A stretch of 64,000 nucleotides of DNA, taken from NCBI GenBank assembly GCA_025594325.1, contig JANHCV010000009.1:620001-684000 (forward strand), in the 5' to 3' direction. Both the position numbers and the translations under genes were made by a program. A model generated the notes under the pieces. It made no database searches and was not told the origin of the DNA. It saw only the letters and a program-made list of their open reading frames with translations. Shown here piece after piece: positions 1 to 12,370 of the stretch (position 1 is the stretch's first letter; every line of letters starts with the position of its first letter). The DNA comes from Blastocladiella emersonii ATCC 22665 (lineage: Eukaryota; Fungi; Blastocladiomycota).

Positions 1-1045
1 CTGATGCTCGTCTCGTGCTGCTGGTTCGTGAAGGTTGTGAGGCGAGGAGTTTCTGAGGCGGAAGGGTGAGACGCGATGCGAGACGCGTCGCAAGATCATG
101 TGGCGGCCACGCGCGGGAGTGCGCCGCGCTCGAAACGGAAGCCCGCCGGAGCGCACGCGGCCGTCGCGGTGACAGGCAGAAGTGGTGCGACGCCGTGAGC
201 GCCATCGAATGCTTCCCCGTGAGTGATTCCTCGCGAATCGGAGCATGCTCGTCCGCCATCACAGCCCGATCATGATCCTCGCACACTGGCTGCAGCTGGT
301 TCACGGCCATGAATCGAACGGCATGGCCACGGTCAAGGCCATCACCGACAAGGTCAGGGCCATCGCCAACAAGGTTAAGGCCATCGTCTAGTACCATTTG
401 TTGGCACCCGACCGCCATTCCCGCCTGACCCCCGCCCGTATCAACGGGAAGTCGTCATCGCGAACACGAAACTCCTCCGCAGGTGTTGATTGATCAGATC
501 GTTCGCAGACGAGGCTGCGAGTTCGTTGACAAAGTAGGCCTCGTGCTCTGGCTGGATCATGTCGGTCAAAACATTCCGGCAAACAGGTAAGAGTTTGAGC
601 GGATGACAAGTGCGCTGGGCGATGCTGTCCTCGACTCGCTGGTCGAGAAGTTCCGCGACGGTTTGATCGACGCGGGACTCGCTGCTTCGGGATGCGCATC
701 GCCGAGTTTGGCACCAAGGCGCTCGTCGCGGCTGTGGTCGCAACGTCGAGTGCTGTACCATCACGCTCGAGCCGCTACGCTACGCGCGCGTGACTTGTCC
801 GACCCAATTGAAACGTTCACATTCATCATCAACTGAACGAGCGAGGGCGCCGCCGAGCTCGAGTACAAGCAGGACGATTCGCTGCCAAACCTTGATCAGA
901 TCGCGAGGGAACGCCTCGCACGGATCAGCGCGAGACGCGCCAAACAATCATGTGAAACTCACGTTTTGTCTATCGAAAGCTCCCTCTTCCAGCGCCTCGT
1001 AGCTTCTCCCTTCATACTTGAAATTATACAGACGAGCGATGCATC

Positions 1046-1393
1046 ATGGAGACCGCACTCCCGGCGCTACCTGACGCGGTCATCGACCGCATTCTTTGCT
1101 TCGCCGCTCTGATGCACGACGCCAAGGACCTCGCGGGCATGCTTCAGTACAGCCATGTGCTGCTTCGCGAAAACGTACCGTGCGCGCATCGCACGGCCAA
1201 AGTCGAGTGCATGACGAGCATGTCCATGGACGGGGCCAGCGCCGCGGGCCGTCTCGACGTGTTTGACGCCTGGCGAGACTCTGGAAAGCCGCTCAAGTAC
1301 ACGAAACGCGCCATCACCTCAGCTGGAGGGTCGTACGTGACGCTTGACTGGTGGCGGCGGTCTGGGCTTCCACTTCCTAAGTGCGCGCAGTAA
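1046..1393 (+). CDS. Short F-box-like / ankyrin-repeat-like protein, possibly a truncated relic
   Basis: N-terminal LPALPDAVIDRIL is F-box-like. MDGASAAGRLDVFDAWRDSGKPLKYT...TLDWWRRSGL resembles the 'AS..G...LDWW..SG' ankyrin-like repeats expanded in Blastocladiomycota. Only about two repeats are present. Confidence 0.4.
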   Translation: METALPALPDAVIDRILCFAALMHDAKDLAGMLQYSHVLLRENVPCAHRTAKVECMTSMSMDGASAAGRLDVFDAWRDSGKPLKYTKRAITSAGGSYVTLDWWRRSGLPLPKCAQ

Positions 1394-2009
1394 ACCGGTA
1401 TATTATACGCCAACCTTTAGGTCGGGCGGCACCGGCCGCGAGTAAGTCCGAGCCATCTCGTTGATTATAACTGTTCAGGATTACGAAGCGCAGAACCACG
1501 AATGAAGCAAGAGCTGGCCGCGTCGTGGGGGCGTCAAAACGGCCCGGACTACTGCTCCACCGAGCTGTCGAGAGCGGATCATCGGACGAGATACACGAGC
1601 GACCAAAGGGCAATGCGCTGACGGTCCTGCCGAGTCGTCGGGTTTCTTGGCGGGCGCAAGCTGCGGCACCAAGGCACGTCGAGCACGCTGCAGCGGCCTC
1701 ACCACGCAAAACAAGAACTCTCAGCTCGGCCATATATCAGCAGCAAGATGATCGTCCATGTGAAGCTGTCCATTAGATTATCATGATACGCGGCGTGGTC
1801 CGAGGAGAGCAGAAACCGCTTGCGGCGCGTCCCGGCGTTCAAGTCCGCGGACGGCAAGCTGTTTTGCCGCACCGCGTCGGTCGCCGCCGCAATCGCGCTC
1901 CTCTTCTCCCCCTCCCCTCTCGAATTCCACTACGCGGCTCTGCACAACTTGGTGCAACCCGCCCGCCACATGCATCGCAACGCACCGAGCCTCTAAAAAG
2001 CTGTTCAAG

Positions 2010-3293
2010 ATGACTTCGACGCCCGACGAGAAGATGACGCTGGAGCAGCAGCACGACATGGTATTTCCGCTCGGTCGCTTCAGGAACAGCGCCCCCAGGT
2101 CCCTGACGCTCGGTCCCGCGTCTAGTTCTACCGCGCGAACGTGGTGTACCAGCCGGTCCCGCAGCCCGTTGCGCTGGAGCACGTCCTCGAGGCCCTCACG
2201 CACTCCAACAACCTGATCCAGCAGGTCACGTTCGGCTACGGCCTCATTGGTATGGTCGTGCTCACTTCTCTCCTCCCGCTGGGGCACTCGCGCGGACGCT
2301 CACACGCCCTCCCGATCCGCCCCGCACCGTCCGCAGACAAGCCCGAGCACGGGTTCAACATGCACTTCATCGTGACCCAGGTGTACCAGGACCAGCCGCT
2401 GCCGTGCGACGGGTACGCGTGGCTCGACCCCGAGGTGACGCGCACCCACACGGTCGACGCCAACCGCGCCCTCGTCGTCCACGAGCGCTTCAAGGGCGTC
2501 GCGCCCGGCGACAACTTCGTCTCCATGACGCGCCGCCGCTACCAGCTGCTCGTCAACGGCCAGGCGTGCCAGATCCAGTTCATGCACTACCTCTCCGCCG
2601 ACGAGTCGGGTACGTTTCGCGCGCGCGCCGTGTGACCGAATTGCACGCGGCTGACCTTGCGTCGTCGCCGAATCTTTCTAGCCCGCCGCCAGCCCATTGC
2701 CGGGGCCACCGTCGTCACGCCCGCCCGCCGCGCCAAGTTCAACACGTACCCCGCGATGCAGCAACAGCAGCAGCAGCAGCAGCAGGCGCTGACGAGCCCG
2801 ACCGCCGCCAACACCCCGCCGGGCGCCATGCAGCAGCCGCAGCCGACGCACGCCCTGACTGGCACCGGCGTGCGGCCCATGGTCCCGGCCAAACGCTTGG
2901 CGTCGACCGCGAGCGGCAGTGGCGTGCAGCAGCAGCAGCCCGCCGTGACGCGCCGGAGGGTGAACCCGCCGGGCGGCCTCGTCCAGGGCCCGCCGCAGAC
3001 CGCCATGGGCATGGCGCAGCAACAGCAGCAGCAGCAGCTCGCCGCGTGGCAGCAGATGCAGCAGCAGAACGGCGGCAACCTGTCCCCGGCGCAGCTCCAG
3101 GAGCACCAGCAGAAGCTCGCCCACGAGGCCGCCATCCAGCAGCAGCAGCAGCAGCGGCTCGCGATGCAGCAGCAGATGCAGTACCAGCAGCAGCAGCAGC
3201 TCCAGCTCCAGCAGCAGGCCCAGGCGCAAGCGCAGGCTCAGGCTCAAGCCCAGGCCCAAGCGCAGGCGCAGGCCAAGGCGCAGGCGCTCCACC

Positions 3294-3330
<37 letters not shown>

Positions 3331-4369
3331 CGCCGCGCTGCCCATGCAGACCATGTCGAACCCGTCGCTCATCACCGAGGCGCAGTACCTTGCCGACGAC
3401 TTTGCCTCGGTCCAGGTCCGCGACATCGCCATGGCCCGGTTCCAGCGCAACAACGAGTGGCTCGAGGCCGTCTGGGTCCCGCCGACCTCGTGCCCGCCCA
3501 AGAAACCCAAGGCGGCGTCGTCTTCAACCAGCAAGAACGCGGCGGCGGCCGACGAGGAGTCCGCGACCAAGTCGCCCGCGGCGTCCCCGCGCAAACCGAC
3601 TGCTGACGGCAACGAGGATGTCGAGATGACCGACGCCGAGTCCAAGCCCGCCGCCCCCTCGGCCGCGCTCCTCGCCCTGCGCGCCAAGGTCGACGCCCTG
3701 CGCGGCGAGGTCGACTCGCTCGCCAAGTCCGCCGCGTCGTCCGAGCACACGGCCGCGTACCTCGCCAGCGCCGCCGCCGCGGCTGCTGCTGCCGCCGCGA
3801 GCGCCGAGGAAGAGGGCGGTTTCGCCGCCTCTGCTGCCGCTCCCGGCCCGTCGCCCACCACGCCGACCACCGCGACGCGCACCGGGTTCCTCCCGACGGA
3901 CCCGACGCCCGCGTGGAGCGCGCGGATCCGCGGGATCCACACGGCCGACGCGTGGTACGCGTACGTCGGCGAGGTCAACGCGCACGCCGCGGCCGCGGGT
4001 GTCGGGGCCGTCCGCGTGTACCAGCCTGTCGTCAAGGTCGCGGCGCCCGTGGTCAAGGAGGCAACGCCCGCGCCCGAGGAGGCGATGGCGGTCGATACCG
4101 CGGCGCCAGCGCCGGCGGGGGTGGGGAACGCGATCATGTCTCCGCTCCGCTCGCCCGCTGCGCCCATGTCGCCGGCCAAGGTCGTGGCGCCGATCGCTTC
4201 GCCAACAGCCGCGTCGGTCCCGCTCGCGTCGCCCAAGCCCGTCTCGCCGTCCAAATCGGTCGCCGTCGCCCAGGAACCGGTTCCCGCGCCCGCGGAGCCG
4301 CTCGACGAGGCGGCCGAGGCGGCCAAGGTCGAGGCCGACGTGTTCGCGATGCTCGGCATGGACCAGTGA
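2010..4369 (+). CDS. SSR4: SWI/SNF-RSC subunit Ssr4-like protein (DUF1750) with long Q-rich linker; introns about 2061-2125, 2250-2336, 2610-2681
   Basis: The spliced frame joins cleanly through three GT-AG introns. Motifs DGYAWLDPE, RRRYQL..IQFMHY and C-terminal RDIAMARFQRNNEWLE match the Ssr4 N- and C-terminal conserved blocks. Confidence 0.7.
3170..3330 (+). repeat. Coding polyQ / (QA)n low-complexity tract
   Basis: CAG runs and CAGGCN repeats inside the SSR4-like ORF; further CAG runs at about 2760 and 3020. Confidence 0.9.
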
Positions 4370-4457
4370 GCGAGACTCTCTCCCGCACCCCTTCCTCCGC
4401 TCCACGGCAAATATAAACCCCAAACTTTTGATTGCATCGTATCGTCCGCCACAAGTC

Positions 4458-5932
4458 TCACTGCCCCGGCCTTGCCGCCGCGAGAACCATCGAGTGCCGC
4501 CTCATCCCTGCCACGTCCTCGCGCATCGGCGGCGGCGGTGGACTGGTTGGGGGATGCGGCCGCACGATCTTCGCTTCCGCTGCCGAATCGTCGGCCGCTC
4601 CCGCGCCCACGCTCCGGATCGACGGGATCACGATCCCCGACGCGCGCCGCGGACTCCGACCCTGCGGTGGCGCTCCGCCTGGCGGCGGCGGAAGCGGGCC
4701 TGCTGCGAGATCGGCGGACGGCGGGCGAAGTGGCGGGAGCCGCGCGACCGCGATATTCGTCGGGCTCGGGGACCCACGCCCTCCGACGCCGCCGGGGTGC
4801 GGGACGGTCGCGGCGGCGAGAAGGTGCGGTATATGGTGGTGGTGGTGGTGGTGGCCGAGCGACGCGGACCGGCGTTTTACGGGTACGGCGCCAGTGGGGT
4901 TGGGAGCGAGCGGGCCGCCGGGAAGGTGGTCCGTCGCGAGGCGTTGCAGGTGTACGAGCCATTGCGTTGCGGCGGCGGAGGAGGAGGGGGGAGGAGGGTC
5001 CGAGTCGTCGAGGGCGATGGACAGGGAGGTGGAGCCTTCGCTCGCGGCGTGCGGGACCGTTGGGCGTTGGGATGCGGGCACGGGGTCGGCGGTGGGAGCG
5101 GGGGCGGGCATGCTCGACGGGCGGGTCGGCGTGGTCGGCGGGCGCGGCCGGTGTCGCGCCTCGGCGGGCGGCGGGGACACTGGCGGCACCGGAGCCGCCA
5201 CCGTCACGGCCTCGACAGGCGCGTGAACCGGCCCATGCGTCGGGCTCGGCGGGAGGACGGCGAGCGATACGGGCGCGTCGTCGAGCTGGCGGAGCGAGGG
5301 TAGGATGTGCACGATCTGGTCGCGCGCGTCCTGCCTCGACGCGGCCGTCGCGAGCACGGGGTTGCCCGCGAACGTGAGCGAGCGCAGCGAGGGCAGCGCG
5401 GCGAGCTCGTGCAGCTGGTCCCAGTCGGCGACGTGGTTGTTGTGCAGGCGCAGGATGCGCAGGTCGTCGAGGAAGGCGAGCGGCGACAGGTCCGCCAGCT
5501 TGTTGCCCGAGAGGTCGAGCTCGCGGAGCGCGGGTAGCGCGTGGATCCCGTCTAAGTCTTCGACGCCCGCGGAGGCGAGGGTCAGCGTGGTCAGGCCCGT
5601 GAAGCGGGTGCCGAGGTCGCTACGCGTGCGTGCGTCAGTCGTGGCGAGGAACGAGGGTAGACGTGCGACGGCGTACCGGATCTGTGGGACGTGTCCCGTC
5701 AGCCGGAGCATCTTGAGGTTCGGGAGCAGCTCGCCGACGCGCGCACAGGTGCCCGTCGTGGTGTCGACCTCGAGCCGGAGCGACGTGACGAGGTACAGGT
5801 CGGTGACCTGCGCAATCGACTTCTACTTGTGGCGCGAACGGTTGGCGCTCTCGAGTCGTTCGAACGATGGTCGAGCGAACGTACTAGGCGGTCCGCCGTC
5901 CAAAAGGGCTGTGCGTCGAGCAGGCCGTCCAT
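4458..5932 (-). CDS. LRRC56: Leucine-rich repeat protein, LRRC56/ODA8-like (axonemal dynein assembly), two 5' introns
   Basis: Spliced sequence DLYLVTSLRLEVDT...LLPNLKMLRL..QIR|DLGT...EDLDGIHALPALRELDLSGNKLADLSPL...LTFAGNPV parallels the LRRC56 N-terminal cap, LRRs and LRRcap, followed by a P/H-rich tail. Confidence 0.7.
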
Positions 5933-6157
5933 GGTGGCATGTTGCATGAAGCCGGGTCAGGATGTGTTCATGGGAGTGCGAGTTGGAGGGGAGATCAAGT
6001 GAGAGCGGTTCGGCACGCTGAGGACTCTGACGCGTCCGCTGACCGACCTCGACGCGTCGCGCCACACCTCCACGCCTTTGAAGCATTCACAGGGTCTATC
6101 ACATCTCACAACAACAACTATAGGTACATGAAACTCACGCGCCCACGGCCCACGCCA

Positions 6158-7616
6158 CTACACGCGCTGGGTGACCGAGTACTCGCGCTTGTCGCGGGCC
6201 ATCTGGAGCATAGCGTCGGCGGTGCGCGGGCGGCCGTTGGGCGCGAGCGGCGAGCTTGCGTCGATGGGCTCGAACTCGAACTTGTTGCACAGCGAGTACC
6301 CGCTGCGGTTGCTGGCGTGGTTGACGCGGATCGGGTCCTCGTCGGCCGCGTGCTTGACCGACGCCTTGGGGTCGTAGCTGAACGAGTACGACGTCTCCCA
6401 CGTCCGGAACTGCATCGCCGTCACCACGTCCGGCTTGGGCTGCTCGCGCACCGCGCCCGAGTCTTCCTTGAGCCCGTTGCCGATCTTGGGCGGCCTACGT
6501 GAGCGCGCGCGATAGGGAGGTTAGGTGGCGGCCGTGCGTGGGTACCAGTGAGGGTGAACGTACTCGGGGACCGCGTTGCCCTCAAAATGCTCGAGGAACA
6601 TGTGCTCCTGCGGATGCTTCTTGCGGATCGTCTCCATGTAGAACTGCGGCGCGTGGAATCCCTTGGACGTGTCCTGTTTCGCGCACGCACACTCGCTGGT
6701 CAGTTTTCAGGTCCATGATCCACCGCCGCGGACCATCCATCACGTACGCTCTCCGGGAACGCCGCGTCAGGCCGGTTGTACCCCGTGTCGCCGACGTGGC
6801 TGAGGCGGAAGGACTTTTTGGCCTCGGCCACGTCCATGGGCTCGCCACCGGCACCAGCGCCAGCGCGGATCCCGCGCTCCTCGTTGGACAGGCGGTCGCT
6901 GAGCCCGGCAATCTCGTGGTCGCGGTCGCGCACCCACCCGCTCTCGTGGTCGAGCCCCGTGATCCGCGTGTGCCCGTGCTTGGGCAGGTGCGGAAACATG
7001 TCGTTCACCTTGTAGCTTGACTTCATGGTCGACTCGAACACGTTCCACTTCTACGCGGGTCGGGATAGTTAGCGGGGGTTGCGAGGTGCAGTAGGGAATC
7101 CGAGTGATGACGGACCCCGTCCTGCTTGACGTCGACGGCCGAGTCCATGGGCTGGTACTTGGACAGCTCGGGCCCGTTGACGATCTTGGCGACGCCCTGC
7201 ACCGCGGGCGCCTCGGTCGGCGCCGTGTAGCTGGTGCCCTGGATCGTGTCGTAATGGTTGTCGTCGCTACACATGCGCGTGGCTACCGTCAGTTCCCAAG
7301 TCCTCTCTCAGCGCGCGACCCGACAAACGAACCGGAAGTGCTGGTTCTCGTCCACGTCCTTGTCGTAGAGGAGGTACGGGAGCAGGTTGCGCTGGTAACC
7401 CGCAGCCTGGACGCGGCGGCGCACGATGCTCGGGTCCGTCTCGTTCCACCGGAACTGCGTGTTGAGCGTGCGCTCGGTCGCGCCGTTGGCCATGGTGTTG
7501 CGCCCGTTGAAGTAGGTCCGGTACGTGGTGCTGTAAAAGAGCCGCGGATCCGTCTCGCCGCCCGCGCTGCACCGGATGAAAAGCGCCGGCTTGCCGTCGA
7601 GCGCCGTCGATGTCAT
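6158..7616 (-). CDS. Ciliary microtubule inner protein, PPP1R32/SAXO4 (IIIG9)-like, multi-exon
   Basis: N-terminus FIRCSAGGETDPRLFYSTTYRTYF...AGYQRN resembles PPP1R32 YVKMSSGGYTDPLKFYATSY...GYKSN. Exons correspond to ORFs 7308-7616, 7023-7274, 6700-7041 and 6158-6451. Confidence 0.6.
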
Positions 7617-7906
7617 GGTGCGTAGTCGTGGATGGATGCGTTGCAGGTAGAGAAGGAAGGTTGATGGTATGGAGAGGAGAGAATAGATCGAGCGAGCTGC
7701 GCGACGTCAGACTGCGCGAGGGAGGATTCGGCACGCACTCATCATCATGGGAGACACTTGCGGGCGACATGATATAGCGCGACCGAGCGCCACGCGTGCG
7801 CGAGCGAGGCGCAGGGCGGCGGAGGTGGGATACACGCGACGCGTGATCACACGGCGCTGATCTCGCTCTGCCGCAGGGGGTTCGTTCAACAAGAACACGC
7901 GTTGTA

Positions 7907-8277
7907 TCAAGCAGTCAGTGATGGCTCGGCGCCCACAATCTGGTCGACCTTGCCCTTGACGGCGAGGTCCGAGTTCTTCTCGAGGTAGTCGGCGGCGAAC
8001 AGGCCCGCGATCGAGAAGCCGATGCCCGCTACACCACTCGTCGCGCGTGAGCCTCGGGGCCCTGACCTCGACGTGGCAACGAACGCGTACCGAGGCCAAA
8101 GTAGAGCCGCGTCCGCGAGTTGAGCGCGAGGTACGACTGGATGAGCGTCTTGCGCGGCGCATCGACGACGGGCGCGGCCGACGCTGGCTGCACGGGGGGC
8201 GTCGCCGCCGTCGGGCGAGTGATCTTCGCGGCGGGACCCTTGCCGCCCGAGCTCTTCTTGTCCGTGTGCTTGGCCAT
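7907..8277 (-). CDS. Small (~100 aa) predicted single-pass membrane protein, one intron
   Basis: ORF 8029-8277 spliced at GTACGC...TGTAG gives LYFGL|AGIGFSIAGLFAADYLEK, a hydrophobic segment; high GC3 codons; TGA at 7907-7909. Confidence 0.55.
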
Positions 8278-8559
8278 GGTCCGAGAAGCGGTTGCAGGGA
8301 GTCGCGGGCCCGAAAACGCGGGGAGATCAGCGGAAGCGCGTGGAGACAGTAGGGGGTTTCATGGATCGATGCTCGACGCTCACTCACCCCTCACGCTCAT
8401 CTCAGAACGTGACTGTGGCGCTTGACTTGCGCTACGGCGCTCGCTCGCGATCCGTGAGAGCCCCGCTCACGGATTCCTCAGATGGAGGACTGGCTCACGT
8501 CTCAAAAGGCCATGGCCACCAACGCCGGGACGTTTGCTCCGTTCCTTCCCGCTTGAATA

Positions 8560-8884
8560 AGTTGAAGCGTACAGGTGCAGGGTGCGAGAGGAAGGTTGAG
8601 CACGATGCACGGAAGGCTGAGGAGATGACGGAGACGGTGATGGACACGGCGAAGGAGGTAGACGCAGAAGGGAGGAAAGGGTGTATAACGACGGCTAATA
8701 GTAGCAGCGATCTAGAACAAAACCAGAGGGAGCGGAGACGCTCGCTTGAGGTGAGCGTGCGACCCCGCGGCGAGGCAGTCCGCCGGCGGTGACTGGAAGT
8801 GTGGCGCCGCCGGCGCGTGCCACTCGCGTGATTGCCCGACGCGTCTCTCGCGGTCGGGCCAGCGTGCGCGTGTGTACTTGAACT
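8560..8884 (-). repeat. 3' LTR (325 bp)
   Basis: AGTTGAAGCG...CTTGAACT; no difference from 15256-15580 found by eye. Confidence 0.95.
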
Positions 8885-8891
8885 CTCCCCC
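8885..8891 (-). promoter_or_regulatory. Polypurine tract
   Basis: Minus-strand GGGGGAG abuts the 3' LTR. Confidence 0.7.
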
Positions 8892-8912
8892 GACTGCCGG
8901 TCGAGGGGGAGC

Positions 8913-11900
8913 CTACGCCTTGGTGATGTCGCGCTTGGCAAGCGGGTGCGGGTGAAGGCCGAGTCGGGACACGGCCCAGTCAAACGTGCTCACGATGGGC
9001 TTGGTGAAGAAGTCGGCGAGGTTGTTCTCGGACGCGACCTTGTTGATCGAGATCACGCCCGTGTCGACCTTCTCGCGGATGAAGGCGATGCGGACTGTGA
9101 CGTGCTTGACCAAGCGGTACACGGCAACGGTGTTGTCGGTGGTGGCAATGAGCGGCGCGTTGTCCTCCTGCAGGACGATCGTGCCGAGCGTGGTGTGCGT
9201 CATCTGCTCGAGCAGGTCCTTGATCCAGATGATCTCGCGCATTGCCTCGGTGGCGGCGTTGAGCTCCGACTCGACCGTCAACAGCGCGACCCATGCCTGG
9301 CGCTTGGAGATCCACGCGACAGGGGCGCCTGCGATCAGGATCACGACGCCTGAGGTCGAGCGGCACGTCGCCTTGTCGCTGGCGTAATCGGCGTTGGCGA
9401 AGCACTGGAGCGAGTTGGCGATCGGGGCGCCGCGTGTGTTCTTGAGCCCCAGATCGGGCGTGCTGGTCACGTAGCGGGAGATTTGGGCGAGCAGCTTGCG
9501 GTTGTCAAACGTTGGGCACGATGCGCGGCGAGCCGCAACACTGACTGCAAACGCGATGTTGGGCCGCGACACGGTGGCGAGGTGGAGCAGGGCGCCGAGG
9601 ACCGACTGGTACTCACGGGTCCGATCTGCATCGAGGGCGCTGGTCGTGCGGGACGCGTTGGCCTGCGACTCGTTGTACTCCGTGTCACTGTTGTCGCCGG
9701 CGTTTGGGACCTTGCCGTTGTAGTTGGTCAAGGCGATCATGGAGTTGGTGAGGCCCAACTCGGGCAGCCGCGAGATGGGGACCCGGGTGTTGGACGGTTC
9801 AAGGCCCCACTGCTCAATGAGGTCCTTGATGTACCGCGACTGGCCGATCCAGATGTAGTCGTCGTGTTGGACCACCTCCATGTTCAAAAACGAGTCGGCG
9901 GGACTGAGGTCCTTGATGGTGAAGACCTTGGCGAGGTCGGACTTGACGCGCTTGACCTGCAGCTTGTTGTCGCCGCCGATGAGGAGGTCGTCAACATAGC
10001 ACACAAGGTTGGTCACGGAGCCGTTGAGCTTGCGCGAGAACACGCACGGGTTGGCTGTCGTGCGCTTGAACCCGAGCTTCTTGACCTTGGACAAGAGTAA
10101 CAAGTACCACTCGCGGCCGGCGTTCTTGAGACCGTAGAGCGACTTCTTGAGGAGGAACACGTCGTCGGGCGCGGCGCCAATGCCCAGTGGCGGGTACATG
10201 TACACGGGCTTGGGCAAGTTGGCATGGACGTACGCGTTTGAGACGTCCATGGAGTGGATACGCCACCTGCGCAACGCAGCGACGGCGAAGAAGGTGCGGA
10301 TCAACGCGTACGAGACTGTGGGCGAGTAGCAGTTATTGACGTCAAGGCCGACGCGCTGCTGGTCTCCTCGGGCAACGAGGCGCGCCTTGAAGATGTCCTT
10401 GGCGGCCTTGTACGCGTAGACCCACTGCGAGCCAATGATGCGTTTGCCAGCGGGGACGTCGGCCTTCTTGATCACAATCCAGGTGCCGTTGTTGATCAGC
10501 GCCGTGAGCTCCGTGTTCTGCGCGGCAAACCACTTGGTGAAGTTCTTGGACTTGCACGCGTCGTGGTAGTTGCGCGGCACGTCGATCACGGTGAACACGA
10601 CTGACTGGGACACGCCGGTGGTGAGCTGCAACGGATGGGCCGTTGCGGTGGTGACGATGTTGGCGGCCTGTTTACGTGGGGCGTGGAACAGCAACACGGC
10701 CGCAAACGAGTCGGGCAGCGCGAGGTTGAGCATGGGCCGAGCGAGGTTGAGCATGGGCCGAGCGACGGTGCAGCCAATGCGCGTTCTGGTTGACGTGGGC
10801 GGGTACCGGTACGAGTCCGTCTTCTTGTTGTATACAAGGTCGCCAAAACGTGCGGGGATTGGCGGGTCGCCGTGCGGCGCGATCTCGGGGATTGGCGACT
10901 CAGCGCGCGGTGTGGGACCGGGGATCGGCGACTTGGCGCGCGGCGCGGGACCGGGCGCGTGTACGCGTGCACCGCTGGACGCGGTTGGCCCATTGATCTT
11001 GTACAGGAACTGGTTGACCTCCTCCTCGGAGTCGAACCCCTTGTCGTACTGGGTGCCGTCCTGCAAGGGCAAGTACTCGTCGTCGCCGGGGAGTTGACAA
11101 GCCCCGTTGTCCTCGGTGTACTGCGTCTCGTAGTCCTTGAAGAGGCGGTGGAAGGCTTCCACGCTCGACATGGCGCGCTTGACGAGCGCTCGTTTGTTGA
11201 ACACGGCAAGTTGGACGCGCACAATGCGCTTGGTCTGCAGGTTGAGCATGACGTGCGTCTTGGCCTCGTCGTCGCCATGGCCAAGGAAGATATATGGGCG
11301 CGCCGATGGGTCGAGCTTGCGCACGTGTGTGCCGTGCCACAGCGGCGCAAGCGCAGTGACGCCCCACGCGCGGATGTTGGCGAGGTTAGGCACGCGGCCG
11401 TAGAGGACCTTGTACAGCGTCTTCCAGTTGAGGCCGGCGCGCGGTGTCCGGTTGAACACAAGGCAGCGGTTGACGTGCTGGAGGTAGGCGCAGACGCGCT
11501 TGTTGAGCATGCGGAACAGGCGCTCGACCAAGCCGCTGCCGCCGTGGTGGCTGGGGACCGTCGGCTTGAGCTGGATGCCCATGGTGCTGCACCACAACAC
11601 AAACGAGTTGCTGCGGAACAAGCCCTTGCCGTTGCAGCGCAGGTGGACAACCTTGTGTGACAGGTTGCGCTCGATGCAGTTGATGAGGTGGTGGAGCTTC
11701 TGGGCAGCCTCACTCTTCTTCTTGAGCGGCACAAGCCACGCGAGCCGGGAGAAGTCGTTGTGCATGGCCATGACATAGCGGTAGCCGTGGATGTGCGATG
11801 GCGCGTATTTGACAACGTTTAAGTCCACCTGGAGCAGCTCAAGCGGGGCGTTGGTGGTGTTGCCCGTGGATGGGAGCGACTGGAACACCTCCTTGGACGA

Positions 11901-12204
11901 TTTGCAGATGAAAACAGTCGTCGTTGAGCGTCTTGTTGGCGAGGTGTGACTCATGCTCGGAGAAGAGGTGGTAGATTGGGTCAAACTTGCGCAGCGCGTC
12001 GCGGCCGGCGTGGCCGAACCGAAGGTGCAGGATGGCCGTCAAGGTGGCGGTCTTGGCTTCGGATTTTGAGAATGAACAAGGAAATCGAGACCGTGTTGAG
12101 GAAGAGGTGCCGGTGGTGGATGGCGACGGCGGTGGTGGTGGTGCATCGCCGGCGGCAGGGCCAGATGCGCGGGCCAGGGCCAAGTCCGAGGTTCCTCCCC
12201 CCAT
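8913..12204 (-). pseudogene. pol: Copia pol (pre-integrase, integrase, RT, RNase H), frameshifted and catalytically damaged
   Basis: LHLRFGH pre-integrase motif lies in ORF 11839-12204, a different frame from the 1023-aa ORF 8913-11984 carrying VDL/VER (IN), MDVSNAY/YVDDLL (RT) and ADY..RSTSG/EDN (RNase H). Several conserved Asp residues are Asn. Confidence 0.85.
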
Positions 12205-12232
12205 CTCGATGGAGATGTTGGACGGGCGAGGT

Positions 12233-12370
12233 GCGGCGGCTCCCTCAACAGCGAGCGGCGGGTTGGGCGCAGCGGCTCCCCCAACGGCAAGCGGCGGGTC
12301 GGGCGCAGCGGCTCCCCCGACGGTGAGCGGCGGATCAGGCGCAGCGGCTCCCCCAACAGCAAGCGGCGCG
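12233..12370. repeat. 36-bp tandem repeat (~4 copies) inside the copia element
   Basis: GCAGCGGCTCCCCC.AC units at 12233, 12269, 12305, 12341; diverged copies near 12490-12580. Confidence 0.85.

Noticed and set aside
8292-8792. 166-aa and 172-aa ORFs (8292-8792, 14970-15488) sharing a C-terminus
   Set aside because: The shared part is just the LTR sequence read in one frame.
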